From an uncultured Methanomicrobiales archaeon (GTDB lineage: Archaea; Halobacteriota; Methanomicrobia; Methanomicrobiales; Methanospirillaceae): a stretch of DNA of 64,000 bases. The notes below the pieces were generated by a model. It saw nothing but the letters and a program-made list of their open reading frames with translations, made no database searches and was not told the origin of the DNA. The position numbers and the translations under genes are program-made. Each line of letters opens with the position of its first letter. Position 1 is the first letter of the stretch. Shown here one piece after another: positions 32,197-40,367 of the stretch. The stretch lies in NCBI GenBank assembly GCA_963697895.1, contig OY969100.1:1344001-1408000 (forward strand), in the 5' to 3' direction.

Positions 32197-34752
32197 TCAG
32201 GCACTCTCGGGGGCCTTTCCCCGGTAGCACGGAATGGTAAAAAAGAAGATGCTCCCGTTACCTTCTTCAGATTCCACCCAGATCCGGCCGCCGTGTCGTT
32301 CGACTATCCTCCGGCAGATAGCAAGACCGATCCCGGTTCCCGGATACTGGTCCCGGGAATGGAGACGCTGGAATATCTCGAATATCTTTTGGGAATACAG
32401 CGGGTTGATCCCGATACCGTTGTCCCGGACCGTGAAGACCCATTCGTTATCCTTCCATTTCGCTCCGACCGAGATACGGGGGACGGTTTCGCCCCGGAAC
32501 TTGATCGCATTTGCAAGGAGGTTCTGGAATACCTGTGTCATCTGCGATCTATCGGCGAGGACCACCGGGAGATCATCCACGTGGACAACCGCCCCGTTCT
32601 CGCAGATACCGACGGCAAGGTCCCGGATGACATCCTCAACCACCGCGTTCATATCCGTCGGGAGGAACGGTCTCGCCCGGGAACTCACCCGGGAGTATTC
32701 GAGCAGGTCGTTCACGAGGTCGTTCATGCGGGTCCCGCCCTCGACGATGTAGTGGATGAACTCCCGGGCATCGGCATCGAGCTTCCCCTGGTATCGTTCC
32801 TCAAGCAGCTGGGAGAAGAGCGTCACCATCCGGAGGGGCTCGCGGAGGTCGTGGGAGGCGACATACGCAAACTGTTCGAGCTCCTTGTTGGATCTGGCCA
32901 ACTTTTCTGCGTATTGTTTCAGCTCTTCTGCGGTGTTCCGGAGCACCGTGATATCGTTCCCGTAGATGCGGACGATTCCCATCTCCGGTGAAAAGTAAAT
33001 ATTCTCCCCAAACGTCGCTCCCCGGATCTGCACCTCACCATAGTACGGCTCGGTTCTCCCCCGTGCCAGGTCGCACAGTATCTCCTCCATTCCGGCGGGA
33101 AAGAAGAGGGAAGGATCGTCCTCTTCTCCCAGCCTCTGCAGGATCCGATGGGTCGCCTCGTTACAGAACGTGATGGTACCGTCCCGGTCAAGCTCGATGA
33201 CCGGCATCGGGTTCATATGGGGAAATGTTGCGAGGTGGCGGATCTTTTCTTCCGCCTTCTTCCGGTCGGTGATATCCGTCCCCTGGGCGATGGTGGAGAG
33301 GACCGATTCACCGTCTTCATCAAAAAGGGTGGCAGAATTCCAGATCACTGTCCGGATCGTTCCATCCAGATGCCCGACCGGGATCTCCACGACCTCCCAC
33401 CGTTCTCCCCGTGAGGTCCGCCGGATGAGATCCATCGATGCATCCCGCCACTCAGGCGGGAAGAGGATATCGAGGGGCTGCCCGACGACATCCCCTGCCG
33501 CCCTCCCGGTCAGGCGCTCGAATGCGTGGTTGAACCGGGTGATACGGAACTGCGGGTCCCAGACGATGATGGGGGCGTTCGCGTAATCGATCAGGTTCTC
33601 GAGGTACTGGCTCGTCTCCCTCAATCTCCGCTCAGCTTCCTTACGTTCGGTCACGTCGAGTATCTGCGAGAGAATGGAGACCAGTTCCCCCCGATCGTCG
33701 CGCAAAGCAGAGTTATACCACTCGCAGTAAACGACCGATCCATCCTTCCGGTAATTGCGGTTGGCGTGCATGTTCCGGGTACTCTTCCCGCCGAGCATAT
33801 CTGCGGAGATCTCGCGCACCGACTCCGCATCGTCTTCGTACACCCAGGGAATGTCTCCGATGGCCTTTCCCATCACCTCTTCTTCTCTCCAGCCGAATAT
33901 GCGCCGGGCTTCTTCCGACCACCGGACGATCCGGAACCCGGGGTCGAACTCGACGACCGCAAGCGGGGAGTTCGCGATATGGTGGGTAAGGCGCTGGAGG
34001 GCGATATGCAATGCATCCTCGGTCTTCTTCCGGCCGGTGATATCCCGAAAGACGATCTGAACTGCGGGCTCTCCCTGGAATTCGACCATGCCGCCCGCAG
34101 ACTCGACCACCAGCTCCGTTCCGTCCAGACGGAGCATCCTCGTCTCCCGCAGGGCAAGGTCCTGTCCCGCCTGTCCCTGTTGTATCCGGGCTGCAATCGC
34201 ATCCCGTTCATCCGGATGAACAAGATCGAGCAAAATTCTTCCCTGGAGTTGTTCGAGGTTCTCCGCACCGTACAACTTGAGGGCTACCGGGTTTGCATAG
34301 AGGAACCTGCCGTCGCGGTGCACGATGACCGCATCGGGCGCCGATTCGACGAGCGCACGGTACCGTTGTTCGCTCTCCTTCAGCTGCCGTTCCTTCTCGA
34401 GACGGGCACGGACTCCCGCGAGGTAGGCATAGATGCCGAACGCAACGATGATGAGTATGGCACTGTAGAGCACCCGGTTGAAGATCGCAAAGAACAGCAG
34501 GCCCCCCGGTGACATTAAAAAATATGACACCGCGATGAGGAGGATGGAGGTTCCTGCGACCACGAACGGCGCCGGACGCTGCCTGACCCAGATTGTGAAG
34601 ATCAGCGGGATCATATAGAGCGTCCAGATCGTCTCCTCGAGGGGTGCGTTCAGCTCGGTATAAAAGATGGCGGCGATGAGGATCGCGATGAACGCGATAA
34701 CAAGGTAATTCCTCGATTCGGGGGATAACGGGTAGATCCTTCCGTGGGGCAT
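32197..34752 (-). CDS. membrane-bound multi-PAS sensor histidine kinase
   Basis: N-terminal TM module and 4 PAS domains; H-box LEQFAYVASHDLREPLR, N-box QVFQNLLANAIKF, DNGIGI, GTGIGLAIC. Start 34752 preferred over 34881. Confidence 0.93.
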   Translation of the reverse strand: MPHGRIYPLSPESRNYLVIAFIAILIAAIFYTELNAPLEETIWTLYMIPLIFTIWVRQRPAPFVVAGTSILLIAVSYFLMSPGGLLFFAIFNRVLYSAILIIVAFGIYAYLAGVRARLEKERQLKESEQRYRALVESAPDAVIVHRDGRFLYANPVALKLYGAENLEQLQGRILLDLVHPDERDAIAARIQQGQAGQDLALRETRMLRLDGTELVVESAGGMVEFQGEPAVQIVFRDITGRKKTEDALHIALQRLTHHIANSPLAVVEFDPGFRIVRWSEEARRIFGWREEEVMGKAIGDIPWVYEDDAESVREISADMLGGKSTRNMHANRNYRKDGSVVYCEWYNSALRDDRGELVSILSQILDVTERKEAERRLRETSQYLENLIDYANAPIIVWDPQFRITRFNHAFERLTGRAAGDVVGQPLDILFPPEWRDASMDLIRRTSRGERWEVVEIPVGHLDGTIRTVIWNSATLFDEDGESVLSTIAQGTDITDRKKAEEKIRHLATFPHMNPMPVIELDRDGTITFCNEATHRILQRLGEEDDPSLFFPAGMEEILCDLARGRTEPYYGEVQIRGATFGENIYFSPEMGIVRIYGNDITVLRNTAEELKQYAEKLARSNKELEQFAYVASHDLREPLRMVTLFSQLLEERYQGKLDADAREFIHYIVEGGTRMNDLVNDLLEYSRVSSRARPFLPTDMNAVVEDVIRDLAVGICENGAVVHVDDLPVVLADRSQMTQVFQNLLANAIKFRGETVPRISVGAKWKDNEWVFTVRDNGIGINPLYSQKIFEIFQRLHSRDQYPGTGIGLAICRRIVERHGGRIWVESEEGNGSIFFFTIPCYRGKAPESA

Positions 34753-35074
34753 TGATGCGTTCTCTCCTGCAAGTCGCCGCGATCTTCGGTTATGATACAT
34801 TGAAGAGCCGGTCTGGATAATGATTGTGTTCCTGTCGTTGATCGACCCGGTTTTCACCGTGAGCAGGTCCGGTGGATGCATATCGGTACGGAAGATTCCC
34901 GTCCGCCAGTCTCCTTCGCCATGTCTCGCCCGGGTTCCAGCAACGCAATGAGCCGGAATCGAGGTAAGGTGGTAATCCCCTGATGTTCATTTCCTCTGGA
35001 TTCCTCGAATGTATTCATCTGTAGCTGCCACTATGAGACTATATTTATGCAACTCTTTTGCATAGAGTACCGGA

Positions 35075-36778
35075 ATGAACAGGCATTTCTGCTGGATCCT
35101 CCTTATCCTGGCGGCGGGTGTTTGTATCGCGTGCCTGCCAGCAGAAGCTGCCCATACCGGTCAATCAGGCCAGGAATCGTCATCCGTTGGCGGGAGCGTG
35201 GGGGCTGAAACCACCACCATAACAGCCGCCGCTCACTCCGCAGGAAATTCCGGAGACCCCTCGCCCGGTTCCTTAGCCCCATTGGGGATGGGATCTTCAA
35301 TGGGGACGTCTATCGGATCCGCAGGGGGTGCACCGGGATCTCAAACCGCTCAATCCCCGGATTCTTCCGTTACCAGTTCTCCCGGGTCCTCAGGGAATGC
35401 AGCGGGATCCCCGGCAGGAAGTAAGATGACCTATACCGGAAATACCCGCGATGCTTCCGGCAGCCAGTCCGGATCTCCGGTTACCGAGGATGGTTCAGGC
35501 AATAGTGGAATCGTCTCTTCACCGTCGCTGGCGGTATCGGATCCCGGGAACGGAGGGATCGGAAACCGTGCGGGTGCTCTGGCAGATTCCGGGGTAGGCT
35601 CGACGGATGCTGATACCGGACCTCCTGCCTGGTCTGGTTCATCCGGGGGCAATCCTGACCTGTCACTTATTACCACGCCCATGGAACCCGATTCCTCCTC
35701 CGGTAAGCAGGGATCCGGCCAGGGATCCTCCCCGGAGGGAGGGGTCGGTTCCCCGGGAGGAACATCCGGTGATTTTAGAAATAAGGGGATAACTGGTGCA
35801 GAACAGGGCCAGGGATCCAAGAAAGGATATGGTGGAGGATCTCCTGCATTTTTGTCTGACTCTCATGATGAAACCGGAAGGCTGGGACGAATGGCCGTCA
35901 CAATGGGGTTGACGGGTGCTGCCGGTGCCGCCCGGCCCGGATACGGGGACGACAGCGGTAGGATTCCCGGTCCAGGGAGCGGTCGCGGCCCGTCACCGCA
36001 GCAGCAGGGACCACCCGCACAGGCCGGGGCAGTGCCCTGCGGTCCTGCCCAGACAACCCCGCTCCCGCCGGCATCGGTTCAGTCCCAGAATGAATCAAAA
36101 GAGGAGAATGTTTCACGCAGCCGGTCAAAATGGCTCAGCTTCCTGTTCCGGGTGACGGAGCCATCGGTTCCGGTAACCGGCACACCAGATCCCCGGTTCC
36201 CGTCGCTCTTCCCCTTCGGTTTCCTGTTATTTGGAGGATACCGGAGAATTTCCCGGAAAAATGTCCTGGATCATGACGCCCGCCATACAATCTACGGGGC
36301 GATTATCCGACGACCGGGAATCGACACCAAAACACTGAGTGATATCACCGGTATCAACGAGAATACACTCCGTTATCACCTGGCCAGGCTGGTGGCTACC
36401 GGTAAGATCTCCAGCCTCGTCCGACCCGGCGTGGTGCGGTATTTCCAGAACCAGGGGGCCTACAGCAGTTTTGAACACCTGATGCTCCATTATCTCTGGA
36501 CGGAAACTCCCCGCGAGATCCTCTGGCTGTTGTATGTGCATCCCGGGCAGGCCCGGCAGGAGATCGCAGATGCCCTGGGGATCTCAGGCCCGTCGGTCAC
36601 ACGACAGATGGAGCATCTGATCGAAGACAGGATCGTGGAGACCCGACTCCCGGGACGGTCGAATCACTACTACCTTACCGATGATGCCGCCCGGACCATC
36701 TCCCGGCTGATGACACCCTCCCCGGTGACGATGTATGGGGAGGCCGAGCCAGAAATTTTTTCGCTGCAAGCAGGGTGA
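35075..36778 (+). CDS. signal-peptide, Gly/Ser-rich, membrane-anchored double winged-HTH regulator
   Basis: Signal peptide, ~340 aa low-complexity region, hydrophobic FPSLFPFGFLLFGG, then two wHTH units (RPGIDTKTLSDITGINENTLRYHL; HPGQARQEIADALGISGPSVTRQM). Confidence 0.85.
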   Translation: MNRHFCWILLILAAGVCIACLPAEAAHTGQSGQESSSVGGSVGAETTTITAAAHSAGNSGDPSPGSLAPLGMGSSMGTSIGSAGGAPGSQTAQSPDSSVTSSPGSSGNAAGSPAGSKMTYTGNTRDASGSQSGSPVTEDGSGNSGIVSSPSLAVSDPGNGGIGNRAGALADSGVGSTDADTGPPAWSGSSGGNPDLSLITTPMEPDSSSGKQGSGQGSSPEGGVGSPGGTSGDFRNKGITGAEQGQGSKKGYGGGSPAFLSDSHDETGRLGRMAVTMGLTGAAGAARPGYGDDSGRIPGPGSGRGPSPQQQGPPAQAGAVPCGPAQTTPLPPASVQSQNESKEENVSRSRSKWLSFLFRVTEPSVPVTGTPDPRFPSLFPFGFLLFGGYRRISRKNVLDHDARHTIYGAIIRRPGIDTKTLSDITGINENTLRYHLARLVATGKISSLVRPGVVRYFQNQGAYSSFEHLMLHYLWTETPREILWLLYVHPGQARQEIADALGISGPSVTRQMEHLIEDRIVETRLPGRSNHYYLTDDAARTISRLMTPSPVTMYGEAEPEIFSLQAG

Positions 36779-37067
36779 ACGGTCTTACTCATCATCCCGT
36801 TTTCGATGGCAATACCAACACACTCCCGGTTCTTCTTACGGGATTCCTGAATGCGGAATATGTGGCTGGGTTCCTGGTTTCCTGAGATTGTGGCCGGGCT
36901 ATACCTTAACCCCAGGCGGTCGGCGATCCTTCCCGGTCTTTTGTTAATTCCCGGGGCAGCTGAGTCATGTAGCTGTTCGTTTGAGAAAAAGTTTGATATA
37001 CCGTGCCGATTTTGTGATGGAGACGGGTGCTCCGGGAATCAATCGTCCCGGGCCCGCATATCCAGGA

Positions 37068-37679
37068 ATGAATAAGATGTTTAAGAAGATCGCATTATGC
37101 GCAATGCTGGTCCTTATCCTCATCCCGGCTTCGGTCATGGCCGCCGGGATGCAGGGGCAGGGATCCGGTAGTAGCAATGGGGCAGGCAACGGCATACAGA
37201 GCCAGTCGCAGACTGCCATCGATAGCTCGTCAGGAGAACAGCCGATCAATACTCACGGGCAGAGATCCGGAATATCTTCCGGAAGCGGAGACGCCCAGAT
37301 GGCCCGTTCCGGTTCATGCAACGGAACCTGCGACCAGGACATGATCCGGAACATGACTCAGGACATGACCAGGAGCCAGCTCCGGTTCGGTTATGAATCG
37401 GTTCTTGTTGGAGAAGGCCAGGGAGCAGGAGCAGGCGCTGGGAATGGTTCCGGGAACAGGTCCGGGGTACTGCAACAGGAGGGAAAGATAAGCCAGCTCC
37501 AGTACCAGTTCTCGAATATGAACCGTGCACAGTTTGGTCTTACCAACGTGAACGGCAAGCTGATCCTTGCAACCACTGCTGACGCATCCGGTGACCGGGA
37601 CCGTGTTATGGGCCGTGATATGTTGAGGAACCAGACCCATCTCCAGGAAGGTTCCTGCGGCAACTGCACAAACCTCTGA
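37068..37679 (+). CDS. secreted Gly/Gln-rich low-complexity protein with two Cys motifs
   Basis: Signal MFKKIALCAMLVLILIPASVMAA; motifs GSCNGTC and GSCGNC. Confidence 0.75.
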   Translation: MNKMFKKIALCAMLVLILIPASVMAAGMQGQGSGSSNGAGNGIQSQSQTAIDSSSGEQPINTHGQRSGISSGSGDAQMARSGSCNGTCDQDMIRNMTQDMTRSQLRFGYESVLVGEGQGAGAGAGNGSGNRSGVLQQEGKISQLQYQFSNMNRAQFGLTNVNGKLILATTADASGDRDRVMGRDMLRNQTHLQEGSCGNCTNL

Positions 37680-37905
37680 GCAGACAACGGATACGGTGAT
37701 TGCACCGGAGCCGGTGCAAAACCGTTTTCTTTTTTCCCGATTATTCCCGGGAAATGAAAGATCTTAAGGGAAAAATCGGGCGTTATCCTGGAAAAGTCCT
37801 CCTTCACGGGCGCCTTCACAAAGGGGGACTCTGGTGAAGATGTCTGGTCTTCCATACCGGGGACATATCCTTTATTAACACCCGGATCAATGGAGCACGA
37901 AGAAC

Positions 37906-38844
37906 ATGGATCTCGAAGAAACCGGCCGGTTCGATATCCGAATCCCCGAGCCCTTTGATTTTGTACGAACGGTCGCGAAACCGGCAGGGTGGCACTGGTC
38001 GACACCCCGGGAGGTCTTCCTCGACGGGGTTCTCTGGACGGGTATATACATCGGGGACACCCCGGTCGGCCTGAAACTCTCCGCCACGAAGAAGACCGTG
38101 CATGTCACCGCCTTTTCCGGATCGGCCCTCTCTCCGGAAGAGACCACCGAGCTGAAGTCGATGATCCGGGACGGATTGGGGGCGGACGAGGACCTGCCCG
38201 GCTTCTACCGGTTCGCCCGGGATGACCCGGTCCTGTCTGAGGTTGTCCACGACCTCGATGGCATGCGGACCGGCCTGCTCGAGGATGTCTTCGGGGGGGT
38301 CATTCTCGCCATCCTCCTCCAGATGGCGCCGATGGCCCGGAGCGAGCAGATGATGGCGGCCCTCCTCGAGAATTTCGGCACCCGGATCGCATTCGATGGG
38401 AAAGACGTCATCCTGTGGCCACGCCCGGTCGATATCGTCGCAGTTCCCGCAGAGGAGCTGAAGAGCGGGGCAAAGCTCGGGTACCGTGCGGGGCGGCTCG
38501 TCCTGGCTGCACAGTATCTCCGGGAACATCCGATGTCGCTGCGGGAGCTGGCAAGCCTCCCCGAAGAAGATGCATTCCGGCAACTGACCGGGATACCGGG
38601 GATCGGGCCTTACTCGGCAGGCATCATCCTCGGGCAGACCTCGCTTCCGATCGATACCTGGAGCGTGGTGATCCTCTCCGAACTCTTCCTCGGACGGACC
38701 CCCGAACACCCCCGGGAGGAGATCGACGAGGTGGTTTCGGAGCTCACCCGTCGCTGGGGACGGTGGCGATGGCTGGCGTTCGTCTACGTGCTGAACGACC
38801 TGGAAAACCTGGCAAAGAAATACCGGTTATCCCGGCTTACCTGA
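37906..38844 (+). CDS. HhH-GPD DNA glycosylase (AlkA/Ogg-like)
   Basis: LGYRAGRL, HhH LTGIPGIGPYSA, LPIDTW, RRWGRWR. Confidence 0.85.
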   Translation: MDLEETGRFDIRIPEPFDFVRTVAKPAGWHWSTPREVFLDGVLWTGIYIGDTPVGLKLSATKKTVHVTAFSGSALSPEETTELKSMIRDGLGADEDLPGFYRFARDDPVLSEVVHDLDGMRTGLLEDVFGGVILAILLQMAPMARSEQMMAALLENFGTRIAFDGKDVILWPRPVDIVAVPAEELKSGAKLGYRAGRLVLAAQYLREHPMSLRELASLPEEDAFRQLTGIPGIGPYSAGIILGQTSLPIDTWSVVILSELFLGRTPEHPREEIDEVVSELTRRWGRWRWLAFVYVLNDLENLAKKYRLSRLT

Positions 38845-38910
38845 TGAACGGTATCGGGTTCAACCGCCCGGAAGAAAATGATTATTGAAACTCCGGTGAA
38901 GGTGATTCTC

Positions 38911-39330
38911 ATGAACTATGAACTGAAGCCGATCGGGATTGTCCGCTCTCCATACCGGGAATTGCACGATGCTCCTCACCAGGGACGGTGTTCGGACGCG
39001 ATCTCGGAGATCGTCGTGTACGATGAGTTTGCGCCCGGCCTGAAGGATATCGGGGAGAACCCGCATCTCATCGTCCTCACCTGGTTTGACCGCTCGGACC
39101 GGACACAACTCCTGGCTACGCCACCACATCTCCGGACAGAACACGGGGTGTTTGCGACCAGGTCACCCAACCGCCCGAACCCGATCGGATTGTGCCTAGT
39201 AGACCTGATCGGGATGAGTGGCACGACGCTCCGGGTGCGGGGGCTCGACGCGATCGACGGCACACCGGTGATCGACATAAAACCCTATTCGGCAAAGATA
39301 GATTGTGTTTCCGGCCCCTCCCGGGAATGA
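38911..39330 (+). CDS. tsaA: TsaA/TrmO-family tRNA (t6A37-N6) methyltransferase
   Basis: LKPIGIVRSP, GVFATRSPNRPNPIGL, GLDAIDGTPVIDIKPY; GGTGA SD before 38911. Confidence 0.9.
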   Translation: MNYELKPIGIVRSPYRELHDAPHQGRCSDAISEIVVYDEFAPGLKDIGENPHLIVLTWFDRSDRTQLLATPPHLRTEHGVFATRSPNRPNPIGLCLVDLIGMSGTTLRVRGLDAIDGTPVIDIKPYSAKIDCVSGPSRE

Positions 39331-39407
39331 TCGCATATCCGACCAGACCATCCGATCGGTGAATCCGTTCAGGACCGGACCACACGAAGATGCCGATCGG
39401 ACGTGAC

Positions 39408-40142
39408 TCACACCGCTGCTTCCGCCAGAACTTCGACCGTATTTTCGGCGGAGGCGATGAAGAGCTCCCCGAAGAACTCCTCCTGCCATATGTTCACCCG
39501 GCCCTCGAACATGAGGAAGAGGAGCGGAATGTAGACATCCGGAGCCGGTTTGGAGAGCGTCCGGCAGAGCTCGGAGAGCGTCACAATCCCTCCGGAGCCG
39601 ATGCAGTCCTCGCATTCGGCCATGACATCCATCACCGCTTCCTGGTACACCTCGTCATGGGCGATCCCGACGACATCATCCGCGGTGATCAGCCGTTCCC
39701 CATAGGGATCGGCATATCGCTGCCGGCGCCGCTGCTCCTTCTCGGCGTTTTTCAGCTCGGTGATCAGTTCGAAGAGGGTGACCGGGCTCATCCGGAGGCG
39801 TTTCCGGTCAAGGCGGCGACGGATCTCCCGTTCGAGCCGTTCGATCGGCCCCGCCTCCCCCTCCACGAACTCCCCGTCGAAGGAAAAGTCCTCATCGAAG
39901 AGCGACCCGTCCTCTTCCTCCTCATCTCCTTCAACCGATTCCAGCGAGAGATATTCGGACTTCATGCGGAGGAGCGTCGCGGCATAAAAGAGCGTGCGCC
40001 CGGAGATCCGGAGGTCCAGTTCCTTGCGCCGGTCCAGCTCCTCGAGGAACCGGTCGGTCACCTCGACGATATCGATATTCCATGGGTCGATCTCCCCCCG
40101 TTCAGCCAGCTGGACCAGGATTTCTATGGGTTCTTCAGCCAT
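39408..40142 (-). CDS. scpA: segregation and condensation protein A (kleisin)
   Basis: EPIEILVQLAERGEIDPWNIDIVEVTDRFL, LLRMKSE, C-terminal wHTH LLFLMFEGRVNIWQEEFFGELFI; downstream of smc. Confidence 0.93.
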   Translation of the reverse strand: MAEEPIEILVQLAERGEIDPWNIDIVEVTDRFLEELDRRKELDLRISGRTLFYAATLLRMKSEYLSLESVEGDEEEEDGSLFDEDFSFDGEFVEGEAGPIERLEREIRRRLDRKRLRMSPVTLFELITELKNAEKEQRRRQRYADPYGERLITADDVVGIAHDEVYQEAVMDVMAECEDCIGSGGIVTLSELCRTLSKPAPDVYIPLLFLMFEGRVNIWQEEFFGELFIASAENTVEVLAEAAV

Positions 40143-40367
40143 CAGACGACTCCATCCCTGGCCATGTGGATCCCCCCGGTTCTTCAGCCATCAGATGACT
40201 CCATCCTTCTGACCCTCAGGACCATAATCTCTCCCGACTTCTTCAGCCATCGGACGACTCCATCCTTCTGACCCTCAAGACCATAATCACTCCCGGCTCT
40301 TCAGCCATCGGAAGAACCCCTCCCCGGCAGCCACCCGGACCTCGATCTCTCCAGGATCTTCAGCCAT
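40131..40367 (-). repeat. five tandem copies of the scpA start region (ATGGCTGAAGA) forming chained mini-ORFs
   Basis: Minus-strand ATGGCTGAAGA with the A of ATG at 40367, 40308, 40250, 40191 and 40142. Three copies share the longer core GGATGGAGTC(G/A)TC(T/C)GATGGCTGAAGAA. Confidence 0.9.

Noticed and set aside
31724-32204. ORFs of 60-122 aa upstream of the rRNA promoter
   Set aside because: Overlapping frames on both strands, no motif and no clear ribosome-binding site; left as intergenic.
37677-37758. UGA read-through (selenocysteine-like) extending the secreted protein with ADNGYGDCTGAG...
   Set aside because: Methanomicrobiales are not known to use Sec, no SECIS is evident, and a T-rich terminator-like tract follows. 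A normal stop is simpler.
40131-40367. CRISPR array (about 26-bp repeat with 23-33-bp spacers)
   Set aside because: Two 'spacers' are near-identical, the repeats degenerate and equal the scpA start region, and no cas genes or leader are present. Tandem duplication explains it better.
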